Shown: positions 1 to 12,299 of the stretch, one piece after another
Layout: every line of letters starts with the position of its first letter
How positions within the stretch are numbered: position 1 is the stretch's first letter
DNA from: Eledone cirrhosa
Lineage: Eukaryota
Direction: 5' to 3'
NCBI GenBank assembly: GCA_964016885.1
Contig: OZ024747.1
Coordinates: 25,234,001 to 25,298,000 of the forward strand
Length of the DNA stretch: 64,000 nucleotides
Program-made: the position numbers and the translations under genes
The notes under the pieces: model-generated
What the model saw: the letters and a program-made list of their open reading frames with translations, nothing else
Databases searched by the model: none
What the model was told of the DNA's origin: nothing

Positions 1-1410
1 TCCTGAAAACCATAGTTTCAGGACAGCCTCTCTACGTAATTCCTGTGGAGAATTGATGCTAAAAGCACCGTTTTCGCCAAAAGTCACGAATTGTTTTGCG
101 TCTTGTAGTAGTTGTTTAGCATTTGTTATGTCTATTGGCGTGTATAGTTCGTTTTTTTTACAGTCTGTGCAAATGTTGTTTTGGTGTTGTTGTCTTTTTT
201 GTTGCTGCTGTTGTTGTCACTGTTGGTAATATTGTTCAAGTTTTCCTTGGTGTTGCTATTGTTGCAGTTGTTGGTTGTGGTGTTATTGTCATTGTTCTTG
301 TTGTTGGTGCTGGTATTATTTACCGGGTTTGGTTTCGTGGTTTCAATATTTTCAACGTTTTTCGATAATGCGAGGGGGGAAGGCTGCAAGCTTTGTACTC
401 CTACCTTCCCTCCACCACTTTTCTTAGTGAACGTGGCACTCACGACAGTGTGCGAGGTGGAAATGGCATCCATTGCTGACTACCAAGTCTACACAGTTTT
501 GAGATGAAAATGAAAATTTCGCCCCAGAAAGGGGCGAAAATTAGTTGACTCAACGTCTGACAGCCCAGGCAAGGGGTTAAACTAAACAATGCTATTAAAT
601 TGAGCAATGAACTCACAGTTACTTTTGACAATAATCCGTAAAAGTCCGGAGCGAAGTAATTCACGTCTATATCAAGTGGTAATTGATATAGAGAGGAAAT
701 TGGAAGAGAGTGATGTTTAGTTGATGTAGAGAGGGAGAGAGTTTGGTAGTGATGGATAGAGTGAGAAGGGTTGGGAGAGTGTGTCGTATGTTAAATATAG
801 AGAGGGGGAGAGTTTGGTAGTGATGGATAGAGTGAGAAGGGTTGGGAGAGTGTGTCGTATGTTAAATATAGAGAGGGGGAGAGTTTGGTAGTGATGGATA
901 GAGTGAGAAGGGTTGGGAGAGTGTGTCGTATGTTAAATATAGAGAGGGGGAGAGTTTGGTAGTGATGGATAGAGTGAGAAGGGTTGGGAGAGTGTGTCGT
1001 ATGTTAAATATAGAGAGGGGGAGAGTTTGGTAGTGATGGATAGAGTGAGAGGGATTGGGAGAGTGTTGTTATATATTAGATATAGAGAGACATGTGGTTA
1101 GTATGTCTAATTTACTTTTTTAATCAATTTAAAAGTCACTTGACAGACAAGGAGGAGTATCTAGTATTTCTTTTACTGTAGTTCGCTTCCTCTTTGTGCA
1201 CCAGTTGCCGTCGAGACCTCAGGCGTCCTTGGACCCCTTACAACTGACCTCCTTAAAATCGGAATAACAGCAGCCCATCTGAGGAAGGAATACCGCAAGG
1301 TGGGGTGGCTATTGCAGTGGGTGTCGCTGGCCATTGTCCATGGCTATGCCATTACTATTTTTTCCGCGGAGCGCAGCCGAAACACCACTCTGACTTAGGT
1401 GTAGAGACTG
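1..1410 (-). mobile_element. Probable 5' end of a non-LTR retrotransposon (5' UTR with tandem repeats plus start of a disrupted ORF1)
   Basis: Minus strand begins CAGTC at 1410, then a GC-richer leader and 71-bp repeats. ORF from 473 has an Asn/Thr-rich tract and TFAQTVKK (ORF1-like 'SYA..VK' motif) and continues in another frame to the window edge. Confidence 0.45.
727..1090. repeat. 71-bp tandem repeat, about 5 copies
   Basis: gtgtcgtatg recurs at 781, 852, 923, 994. Confidence 0.92.
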
Positions 1411-1419
1411 TCACCCTCT

Positions 1420-2250
1420 CTCCTTCTCCCTTTATTTATTTCTTTGCTTAATAATCCTTGCCCTTCCCTCTCATTTATAGTTTTTTTACGATGCTACTTT
1501 CTTTTTTTTTATATTTGACTAAATATTGATTTCTTTATTATTTTTATATAATTTTATCCTTGAAATAAAAGATCAGTTTTCTTTAACAAAAATAAAAATA
1601 GACAGAGATAAGTGAATAAGAAATAAAATTTTTAAAAAATGTTAAATAAAGAAGGGCACCGCGAGGCAGAATAAGCATAAAAAAGAAAGAAAAACATGGA
1701 AACCAAGAGAAACTGTTAAGCAGCTAGAAGTTTCTGTTGTTGGATCTTTTTGTAACTTAAAGACTTTGTTTATAGTTGGTAGATCGTTTACCAATATATT
1801 GTATCTCCAATCTTGGTAGCTCTTTGATGATCCGCTTCAAGATGTCCTCTTTCTCAAACTGGTAGTTCCTACTGTGGAATAAATACTGTTAAAGTGTTTC
1901 TAAGAAGTCACCACACGAATATAGAGGTAATTCTCTACGACCTGTTCATAGTTCAGTGGTATATGTCCACTTCGAAGCCAGCATAGATTTTATTTATTTA
2001 TTTAACATTGCTCAGTGTCTGATATGTTTTAAATGTTGACAGATCTGGTTGAAAAAGTGGAAGATTGAAATTTGAGAGCTTATCTCTAGATTCTTCCCAA
2101 AATTTTTTCCATCCTTGACTAATTATATTTTTGCTAAATGATTTCGCTTGCGAGATTTGGGATGTAGTCTATATCTATTATTTCCCTCTAAGGAAAGAAT
2201 CACTGAACAGATTCAGAGAAATAGCAGCTCTACCTGGAGCGACTCTCAGA
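1420..2250 (-). mobile_element. Degraded LINE ORF2 C-terminus and 3' UTR (I/R1-like)
   Basis: Minus-strand translation gives GWKKFWEES...WLRSGHIPLN...SCGDFLETL, matching the RLRxGH..CxCG..ET C-terminal region; stops and frameshifts present. Confidence 0.5.
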
Positions 2251-2415
2251 TTTCCAAACTTGAACTTCTCCACCTGCTTCAGTGGAACTCCATTCACATG
2301 CAGAGTGCACTGCGCTGGTTCCTTGAAAAGACGAGAGGCTCAGTCTTCGCAGCACTGATTTTTATTCCAGCTGCTCTTGGCATCAAACCTATCAAGTGCA
2401 TGTTGGAGATCACCT
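2250..2415 (-). mobile_element. RTE-type reverse transcriptase fragment
   Basis: AAGIKISAAKTEPLVFSRN / QCTLHVNGVPLKQVEKFK across a frameshift. Confidence 0.65.
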
Positions 2416-2499
2416 GATGAGTTAAGTAATACCATGTCGTCTGAAAATTCAAACAAACAAACAAACACACACACACATATGAACGGGCGAAGGCTCCCA

Positions 2500-5400
2500 A
2501 AACATCATCTTTGTCCGTTCCTTTGTCGTTTTAGTTTGGATTGCCTCGAGAACGTAACCTTATTATGTAATGAAGCTGCCTGATGAGATCATGGCACTGG
2601 TTAGGCAGAATCGCGTGGCAACTGACGTCAAATTTGGCACAAACATGCGTTATGCTCCTGATCTTCGTACGAACTCATTACATTTTCAGATTTGTGTCTA
2701 CTATAACTTCTACAGTTTACAGCTTTTTATCCATATACTACTTACAGACCGTACTAACAAATGCATTTATTTTATCGGCTTAAACTATAGATCAAAGTAT
2801 ATCAGTTGAAGGTTTAACAATAAGTCGTTTTACAGTCTTTCATTTTACAGAAGAAAGAAAAATTGATACTATTTGAAATTAATCATTGTTAAATCTTCAA
2901 CCGATATACTTTGATCTATAGTTTAAGCCGATGTGTATCTCTGTATAATGGCATATCTCGCTCTTTCTGCCTCTCCCTCTCTGTGTCTCTCTGTCTTTAG
3001 ATGTTTGTGTGTGTGCAGTTTTCGTGTGACTCAACCAATAAACACGGCAGTTTACCGACTAAAAAAAAATCATTTTTGTCAATAACTTGTACACCCTACA
3101 GCCGATTTCCTTCAAATTTGGAACAAACATGCATTATCTTCATTTTGGATTCAGTACATTTTGTTTAGTGCGCCCACTGGACGAGACATAACAAATAAAA
3201 AAAAGCCGCATCGTTATAACGCCTCCAGTTTGCGACTGCATCCTACCTTCCACCTTCACCGGAAGTCCGCGCTATATGCATGAGAGAACTCAGGATGCGA
3301 TGACATATGTACGTCATTACGGCAGGCCTGATCTGTTTATAACTTTCACTTGCAATCCTAAATGGAAAGAGATTGAGGCAGAACTCTTCCTCGGTCAACA
3401 GGCCAAAGACAGACATGACCTCCTAGCCCGAGTCTTTCGACTGAAGTTAATCAACCTTATGGACCTCATCAAGAAAGGGAAAGCCTCTGGACCTGTAAAA
3501 TGTGACATGTACACAATCGAATGGCAGAAAAAGGGTCTTCCACATGCTCACATTCTGATTTGGTTATCAACCAAGATAAATTCCAATGATATTAACAAGA
3601 TAATTTATGCAGAGCTTCCTGACCCATCCAGCGACAAAGACCTCTACGATATAGTGAAGACAAACATGGTACATGGTCCATGTGGACGTGGGTTCAATCT
3701 AAGCTCGCCCTGTTTGAAAGACAATGTGTGCACCAAAAGGTTTCCCAGGAAGTTTCGTATGTAAATAAGGGTTCCGATGCTGCTATGTTTGGCCTTCAAC
3801 AAGAGAACAGCAGGAATGAAGTAACACAGTAGCAGGTTGGACGTTACATCAGCAGCAATGAGGCTTTCTGGAGTATTTTCGGATTCCCTTTACACTAAAG
3901 GCACCCTTCTATCGAGCAGCTTACAGTACACCTGGAAAATGGTTAAAGGGTTTACTTCACCGACGCCAATGCTGCTCAGTTGGCAGAGGAACCAATGGAA
4001 ACCACACTTACTGCCTTCTTCAAGCTTTGTCAAGACGATCCATTCGTACAAACCTTGCTATATCCCCAGGTGCCGTCCTACTATACATGGAATAAAAGAA
4101 AATGGGTTCGAAGAAAGGCAGGTCAAGCAGTTGATGGATATCCTGGCATTAAGTTTGACAATTGCCTTGGGAGAGTTTACACAGTGCATCCCAGCCAGCA
4201 CGAGTGTTTCAATCTCCGTCTGCTACTGCATGAGGTCAGAGGACCACGTTCTTTCAAGCACCTAATAACTGTTAACGGGTATGTGTGTGCCACATACAGG
4301 GAAGCATGCTTTAAACATGGTCTGTTAGAAGATGGTGCATAGTGGGATGCAACTTTGTCAGAGGCTGCTGTATCACAATCACCAAAACGTCTCAGGGCTT
4401 TATTTGCATTATTGTTGCAAACATGTGAATTGCGTAATCCTTCGTATTTGTGGTTCAAGTACAGAGATGATCTTTCTGAGGATTTTAAACGCCTGGCACA
4501 ACTGCAGTACTCTGATATGGAAGGTACCAGCGATGAAGTCTACAACAGAGCACTGATTGATATAGAATACAGGATTGTTTCACCCGGTGGAAATGATTTG
4601 CCCACATATGCCCCAAACATTCCGAACAGGGTCAAACATACTTCCCACAGCCATCCTACGGGAAACATCTTACGGAATTGATGCTCTTTCCCAATATGTT
4701 ATCGACACTGAACCACAACTGCTTCCGGATCAACAACGGGCTTACAGCACTATTGTCGACCATGTGCGCCCCAAAAAGGAGGTATCTTCTTCCTGGATGC
4801 ACAGGAAAAACGTTTGTAACGAAATTCCTCCTTGCAAAAGTTAGGCACCATAGGGATATCGCGGTAGCTGTTGCCTCCTCTGGGATTGCTGCTACGTTGC
4901 TGCCCGGTGGCAGGACAGCGCACTCGACTTTTAAACTCTCCCTGAATTTAGCAACATCTGAAACGTCTACCTACAACATCAGTAAAATCTCAGACCAGGG
5001 TCAGGTCCTCAAACGGTGTCATCTCATTGTGTGGGATGAGTGCACCATGACCCACAAAGGAGCCCTAGAAGCAGTAGCTAGAACCCTTAAAGATATCAGA
5101 GATTGTCATGCCCCAATGGGAGGTGTAACGCTTCTGTTGTCTGGTTATTTCAGACATACTCTTCCCATCATTCCCAAAGGTACCAGGGCAGATGAAGTTC
5201 AGGCGTGCCTTAAATGCTCTCATTGTGGCGACACGTTATGACCCTGACTCTTACCACTAACATGAGAGCTCAACTACACGGTGACCACATGTCCGCCAGG
5301 TTTGCACAGGACATTTTGACACTTGGCGATGGCAAGGTGCCTCTCGACGCTGCCGGAGAAATGGACGTCTGGCCATGTTATACCATTGTTAATTCTGTGG

Positions 5401-7533
5401 AGGAGCTGAAAGATCAAGTGTTTCCGAACTTGACAGAAAATTACCAAAATCACAATTGGCTGCGCGAAAGAGCAATAATGGCTCCAAAAAACATCGCTGT
5501 TAATAAACTCAACGAACAGTTAATGCTCTCTTCCAGGAAATCTTCACACTTACAAGTCTGTCGGCACAATCCCAGATCTTAATGAAGTGGTGAATTATTC
5601 TCCAGAATTTCGCAATTCATTGGAACCTCCCAGACTACCTTCCCACATATTAGGACTTGGCACTCCTGTAATGCTGCTTAGGAATCTAGATCTGCCAAGA
5701 CTGTACAATGGGACACGACTGGTGGTAAAGAAAATGATGTCACATGTTATCAAGGCAACAATTCTTTCTAGATGTGGAAAAGGTGATGACGTCTTCATTT
5801 CAAGACTCCCTCTTATTCTATCAGAAGCGGAAATTCCCTTTTCATTCAGACGTCTGCAATTTCCAATTCGTGTCAGCTTTGCATTAACAAATCCCAAGGT
5901 CAGACTCTGTCTGTGGCCGGATTTCTCTTGGAAGAGACATGTTTCTCACACGGACAATTGTTCGTTGGGTATTCCCGAGTGGGAAGCAGAGGAAACCTTT
6001 TCGCATTTGCACGACGCGGAAAAACAAAGAACATTGTTTACAACGAAGTGTTATAATAAAAAAAATATGAGGAGGAAGGTAAGTATATACCTTTTATTGC
6101 ACAACCCTGATTATTTCTTATTCCTCTTGCTAACCAAAATCAGTTTATCTTGTCTTACGTAAAAGCCGTGAAATAAGAAAGAGATGCTCCAATGGTTAAC
6201 ATACGGAGAGACAGTGAAAAGAGTACGACCAAGTCATTCTCAAACGCGATACTACAAAATGTTTTCTGTTCAGTTACTACTGATTCGTTGTTATCTGTAC
6301 GTAATAAATGAAATAGATGTCTCGATGGCTACTGGCTTATTCCATCCTAGCACTTCTTCTCATTTGGATTTTTCCTACCAATCTCGAGCAACGCCGGGAT
6401 TCACCTTCGTACGAACTCATTACATTTTCAAATTTGTGTCTACTGCGCCCTCTGTAAGAGAAAAACCGACTTTAAAAAAAAATCTTTTTTTAAATAACTT
6501 CTACAGTTTAAGCCCGATTTCCTTCAAATTTTGCACTCATAACATTTTGTTTAGTGCACCCGCTGGACTAGAAAAAACAAATCGAAAAAATCCGATTCGT
6601 TATAACGCTTACAGTTTGCGACCAATATCCTTCAAATTTCGAACAACTATGCCTCGTGTATCAAACATTATTTTGGACTAACCGATTTTTCGAGTTTTTA
6701 TCTAATTCGGGCTCTGTGTAAGAAAAACTAAATATAAAAAAGTATCGACGTCAGTATATACACATACAGATACATATGTGACGAGAAACAGGTGTGCGTG
6801 AATGTATGTCTGTGTGTGTCTGTCTTAGTATATGTTTGTGAGAGTGTGTGTGAGTGTATGTGTGATATTTTTTATTTTAACGTTAGGCCTCAGAGAATTA
6901 AACACACATACATATAGCGTTAGTAAATTGCATACACATTATCTACACACAGACAATTAAACGCACACACACAGGTCTACACATACATATGTGGTGACTG
7001 ACAAGTAATAGGTTTGCGTGATTGTATGTTTGTGTGTCTGTCTTAGTATATGTATGTGAGAGTGTATGTGTGATAATTTTTATTTTCATTTTCATTAAAA
7101 CAATTGAAAGCCTTTGTCAAATTTTGTATCTGTATTTGTCTGTGTGTGTGCGCGCGCGTTCATTAGGTAGTATTAATACACACACATCTACATATTGTAG
7201 CAACTGACCAAAAATGAGGTGAAAAGTTATGCGTGAATGTATGTCTGTCTTAGTATATGTATATGAGAGTGTACGTGTGTGAGTGTGTAGCAACAATTTA
7301 TTCATTTGGACAGCAACAACAAATTACACAATGAATATTGTTTACCCTAAGGTGCTTCAAGATTGACAGATTTTCATTTCTAAATTCTATTATCATTACA
7401 ATTTTGATATTTTAAAAATAAAATATAGATATTTTGAAATAATTATGAGGAAAAAAACATATCTTCATATTTATTGTTTACTAATCTGAATAAGAACAGC
7501 AGTAACCCGGGCAACGCCGAGTAATTCAGCTAG
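2500..7533 (+). mobile_element. Helitron with degraded Rep/Helicase; 5' boundary approximate
   Basis: 3' hairpin acccgggcaacgccgagt followed by CTAG|T at 7530-7534; RepHel pseudogene inside. Confidence 0.8.
3240..6057 (+). pseudogene. Helitron Rep (HUH)-PIF1 helicase pseudogene
   Basis: FITFTCNP, EWQKKGLPHAHILIW (HUH), MVHGPCG, GCTGKTF (Walker A), IVWDEC (Walker B), LTTNMR, VMLLRNL, RLQFPIRVSFA, CFSHGQL. Many stops and frameshifts. An internal deletion joins KRFPRKF directly to YVNKGSD. Confidence 0.93.
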
Positions 7534-7647
7534 TATATAATGTAAGCGATATATTTTTATATACTTCAAGTGCAAACGAAATATATACAAAAAATAGTCA
7601 ATGCAACGGCAAATTTAGTTCCTTTAAAAAAAAAATAATAGTATTTT

Positions 7648-8320
7648 CTGATGCTAAAAAAAACAACACATAATAGTGTATACATCCTTTTAACTGTATA
7701 TATAAATCGTTTTAAAAGTGTAAAAGGTCAGGAAGGGGGATTTAAAAAAAACATGTTTAAACTTAACAAGTGTCGGAATTTGTTGTATCTTGGCAAATAC
7801 ATTTAGGTAGATTATATTAATGTGATTAAGTTCAACATGCTACATTTATATTGTTTTGTATAAATGTGTTCGTGTCCTGAATTTTGCAAGTTGAATAATA
7901 TTAAGAAAATCTGATGCTAAAAAAAACAACACATAATCCTTTTAATAGTGTATACATGCTTTTAACTGTATATATAAATCGTTTTAAAAGTGTAAAAGGT
8001 CAGGAAGGGGGATTTAAAAAAAACATGTTTAAACTTAACAAGTGTCGGAATTTGTTGTATCTTGGCAACATTTAGGTAGATTATATTAATTGTTTCTACT
8101 TTAGGCACAAGGCCAGCAAATACCCAGTGCATTACTGGTACTTTATTTTATCGACCCCGTAAGGATGAAAGGCAAAGTCAACCTCGGCGGGATTTGAACT
8201 CAGGTAGATTATATTAATGTGATTAAGTTCAACATGCTACATTTATATTGTTTTGTATAAACGGTGGTTTGTATGTGTATGTGTTCGTGTCCTGAATTTT
8301 GCAAGTTGAATAATATTAAA
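7648..8320. repeat. About 260-bp tandem duplication; the second copy is interrupted by a SINE
   Basis: ctgatgctaaaaaaaacaacacataat at 7648 and 7911, with collinear downstream sequence. Confidence 0.88.
8091..8201 (-). mobile_element. 5'-truncated SINE family A copy with 17-bp TSD
   Basis: TSD aggtagattatattaat at 8074-8090 and 8202-8218. Confidence 0.88.
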
Positions 8321-9249
8321 AAAAAAAATAGTGTTAAACTTTCTTTTAACTTTGAGAATGGGACGGCAGGAGTGGTGATGATGGCAGTTGTGTATAGTAA
8401 ACTTTGAGAATGGGACATGAGCACGGCAGGAGTGGTGATGATGGCAGTTGTGTATAGTAAGTGGTGGTGGTGGAGATTAGGGGTAGCCTATAACTACTCT
8501 ACTGCTCACTATACAGTGTCGCCACGCAGTCTACCATGAACTGTTTCATTCATACACGCCGGTATTTTTTCTGTTCATGTTTACCTTATTCGCTAATCTC
8601 CCTGGTATGTAAACTTTTCTGTATCCGCGTTATTTAGCATAAGACTTCCTCGCCTTCAATGACATTTCTTATTGAATAGACCTATCTAGGAGTCCCGTTT
8701 ATTCTATCTAGTCCTTCAGATATACCACATGTCTGAGTAGTTAAGGATCATACATTGTATTTCAGTATGCAGTGATTTATCGTATGGAATGCAGTTTGGA
8801 AGTCCGGGTATGTTGAACTTTTTTCTATTGTCCAGTCTGTGTTCTTTTATGTCTCGTTGTTGTTCAGCCTCAGCTCTGATTGAATACATTCCAACCATGA
8901 TCATCCCGTATTTTTTTCTGACTTTGTATACCATGGACTACATTATCCAGCATCTTTCTTTTTTTTTAAATTCTATGTTGTCATTTGAGGGAGTTTTCGC
9001 TGCTATTTCGGTATCATTGACAATAGATCTTGTTTGAAGAAAATAAAAATATTCACCGATTTCATTTCGTATGCTCTGCTCTTTCTCTCTCAAACACACA
9101 CACACATACACTCATGAGCCTTCGATGGATCACTAACCCTAATGAACCCTTATTCAACACTAATCCAATTCATATTCTTTACATAGTGAATCGGTATATC
9201 GTTCTGGCAATTTGTAACACACTCTGCAACTAATGTTATTATTATCAAA

Positions 9250-9465
9250 GGATTAGCAAAATCAGTAGAGCGTCGGACACTATGCTTCGCAACATAGAGT
9301 TACGGCCCTTTAAATTCTGAGTTCAAATCCCTTCAAGGTTAGCTTTGTCTTTCATCCTTAAGGGGTCGATAAAATAAAGTAGCAGTGGCCCACTGGGGTT
9401 GATTTAATCAACTTTCTCTTCCCCCAAAATTGCTGGCCTTGTGCCTAAAGAAGAAACAGTTATTA
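9250..9465 (+). mobile_element. SINE family A (tRNA-derived)
   Basis: B-box gagttcaaatcc, core tttcatccttaxggggtcgataaaataaagta, tail ccttgtgcctaaag. Other copies near 9875-10085(-), 10545-10670(-), 24215-24420(-), 43335-43510(-), 55495-55705(+), 55757-55948(+), 58225-58408(-), 60421-60610(+). Confidence 0.85.
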
Positions 9466-9780
9466 TCATAAAAGAATGGAATAAAAAAAAATGATTAAAA
9501 CAGTAATTTAATATAAAAGAAAATGGGTAAAAATTAAATTATAGGATATTGGAGTCTGATACTTTACAAACATTGCTGGAAAGTATTATGTAAATAACTA
9601 CTGCATCAACAAAATTCCTGTTATTTTATTGATTGGCAGACATGTCTCTGATCTTAAATCAAAAGATTGCCCAATGTATCAGACCAAATATTAGTATTCT
9701 CATCTCGAGATCTATTGTTAAAGATTCCGATTACATTTATGCTCAGTAGACCGGAGATTTTTTTTCTCTAATAGTTACAC

Positions 9781-10314
9781 CAGAGGTTCTCAAACTTTTT
9801 GGGCCCCCGCCCCGCTCACGGCCACGTAATACCCTCAGCGTCCCCCAACCCTATTTATATATAATAAATAATATAATGATTTCTTATATAGGCACAAGGC
9901 CAGCAATTTGGGAGAAGGGGAAAGTCGATTAAATCGACCCCAGTGCGTGACTGATACTTTATTTTATCGACCCCGTAAGGATGAAAGGCAAAGTTAACCT
10001 CGGCGGGATTTGAACTCAGATCATAAAGGGCCGTAACTCTATGCCGCAAAGCATGGTGTCTGACACTCTACCGATTCTGCCAAATATAATATATATAGTA
10101 TGTATAAATAAATATATATATTTTTATTTTACTATATATAATATATATATTTTACTATAAATGAATATATATATTTTCATTTTACTATATATAATATGTA
10201 TCATTTGAAATTTAATATACTATTATATCATCTCTATCGCCCCCTTAGGCCCCAGCGCCCCCTGGACCTTCCCAATGATCCCCTGGTGCGGTAGCGCCAC
10301 TTTAAGAACCTCTG
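9781..10314. mobile_element. hAT (Charlie-like) MITE containing a nested SINE A
   Basis: TIRs cagaggttctcaaa / tttaagaacctctg; 8-bp flanks agttacac / agctacac (one mismatch). Confidence 0.8.
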
Positions 10315-10482
10315 AGCTACACTAACTGAAAGCTAAATATCAGACAAGATAAATATTATAAAGAAAAAGCAAAAAACCTTTAGGCGAGAGAGGGAACACT
10401 AATGAAAGTGAAAACTACTGGTGGAAGGTCCTCGGGAAAAGTGTAAATGGGACATTATACTCCAAGATCTTGTTTTCGTGTA

Positions 10483-10964
10483 CAGTGTACCTACGGCATT
10501 CGCGGTCCCTGTTATTGGCGGAAATTTCCTTAGACACCTAAGTAATAATTGTTTCTATTTTTGGCACAAGGCCAGCAATTATCCAGTGTATTACTGGTAC
10601 TTTATTTTATCGACCCCGTAAGGATGAAAGGCAAAGTTAACCTCGGCGGGATTTAAACTGAGACCATAATTGTTTAATAATATTCGCAGAATCGTAAATA
10701 TCTTCCGCGATTTTTTAATGGCTTTTTTTCGTGGCAATATATGTATTTTTTAACGCTAAATTATTAATAATATACCATATTTGCCGGCCTATTAGATCCC
10801 CCCCCCCCTTAGCATAAGACGTTCCCTCCTTTTTTTTAATTATATATTTACGTTATATTTTGAGGTTTATAGGCATTTTTATAGACCACGTCCAATATTC
10901 GCGGTTTTTCGCTCTTAGCGAGTGCTCTAGGAACGTAACCCCCGCGAATACGGGGAGGCAACTG
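10483..10964. mobile_element. Tc1/pogo (Tigger-like) MITE with nested SINE A
   Basis: TA|CAGT...attcgcgg and ccgcgaat...ACTG|TA ends; a related end lies reversed near 56370-56531. Confidence 0.6.
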
Positions 10965-11731
10965 TAATTGGAAAAAATTGTTTCGTTATATTTCTCTAAG
11001 TTGATATTACAAACAGTATTAAACAGTACTCCACATACTGATAATGGTGCGTCCTCCATCAGTTTCAACTATTTGTTCAATCAACTGAACGTCCAGCTCG
11101 TTAATTTACATATAAGTGATAGAGTATTCCAGCGTGTCACAATATGTGACAAGACTGGGATTTTGAATCAAATACAATCTACCTGACAGTTTTCGATTTA
11201 ACCAATTTCACCTACAAGACTTGAGTCGAGCCGAAGCTTATAGTAAAGAAACTTGTCCAAGATGCCAATCAGTATAATTGACTACAGACGCTGGTTATCT
11301 CGTTACTTTGCGAGAGGTTATTGAACTTGTAGTCAACTTTCGGTGATCAGCAAAGGTCATGAACTTTGCCTCACATTCAAAACAAGTGTTAAGCAAACAA
11401 GTGTTAAGAAAATAAGTGTTGAGGAAACAAAAACCGCAAAATACAATTGTGAAAGGCATTCCAGTCGTTATTGTCTCGTCTTTGTTCTTTTTTTTCTTTT
11501 CATTCATATGGTCTCAAGTAGGACGGCGTTGTAAAGAATATCGCTTCACAGCTACGACGTTTTGCATTCCACTCCACTGCACTCGAGCAGGTATTTTCCA
11601 CCGTAGCCTAAAGCAAGCAGCTCCTAATCTAAGACATCTACATTAATATAAATGGCGAATTGGTAGAGCATCATATCTCGCTCCGGTCAACTTTACGTTT
11701 TATCCTTTCGAGGTCGATAAATAAAATATCA

Positions 11732-11863
<132 letters not shown>

Positions 11864-12062
11864 GGTTTTAAATACCCCCCAAAACGACAACACTTCTACA
11901 GGTCCATACATACATCTTCATTAATAGCCTCCTCTAACACACATTTTTGGATTTCCAGAAATCTTATTGTGCAGTTGCCCAGGAAAACGAAGTCCACTCT
12001 ATTTCCATCTTCTCTAATTGGCATGAAGAGAAAGCTGCACTCTGAAAATTAATTCAAGCAGC

Positions 12063-12299
12063 ATGGCAGATACCAAAAGTTTAGACACCAATGGATTACT
12101 TCCAGAATTTCACAGCGAAGCAAAGAAGATGCGGGTCAGGAAACCTAAAATGGAAGAGCAAAAAACATGTAGTGATGGAGGACTGAAGGAAGATAAGGAA
12201 CAGATTCTGGAGAAGAAAAAAGAAAAGGGTTATAAAAGGAAATCACAAAGCCACCACCAACTCCCTTTGAGCCCCCAGAAAGATCTTGGAAACAAAATC
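12063..12299 (+). CDS. DNMT3: DNMT3 coding exon 1 (Lys/Glu-rich N-terminus)
   Basis: ATG in agcATGg context; MADTKSLD...DLGNKI then donor GTAAGT at 12300. Phase 0 fits the PWWP exon. No domain homology, so assigned by position. Confidence 0.75.

Noticed and set aside
1180-1410. Possible HDV-like ribozyme in the LINE leader
   Set aside because: Could not assign P1/P2/P3 pairings or the L3 motif on either strand by eye.
3276-6162. Host PIF1 helicase gene or active Helitron
   Set aside because: Fused to an HUH Rep domain, intronless, and broken by multiple stops, frameshifts and a deletion in Rep motif 3.
8460-9030. Coding-like minus-strand stretch (ORF 8716-8934)
   Set aside because: Stops in all frames and no motif I can name; probably a TE remnant, unclassifiable by eye.
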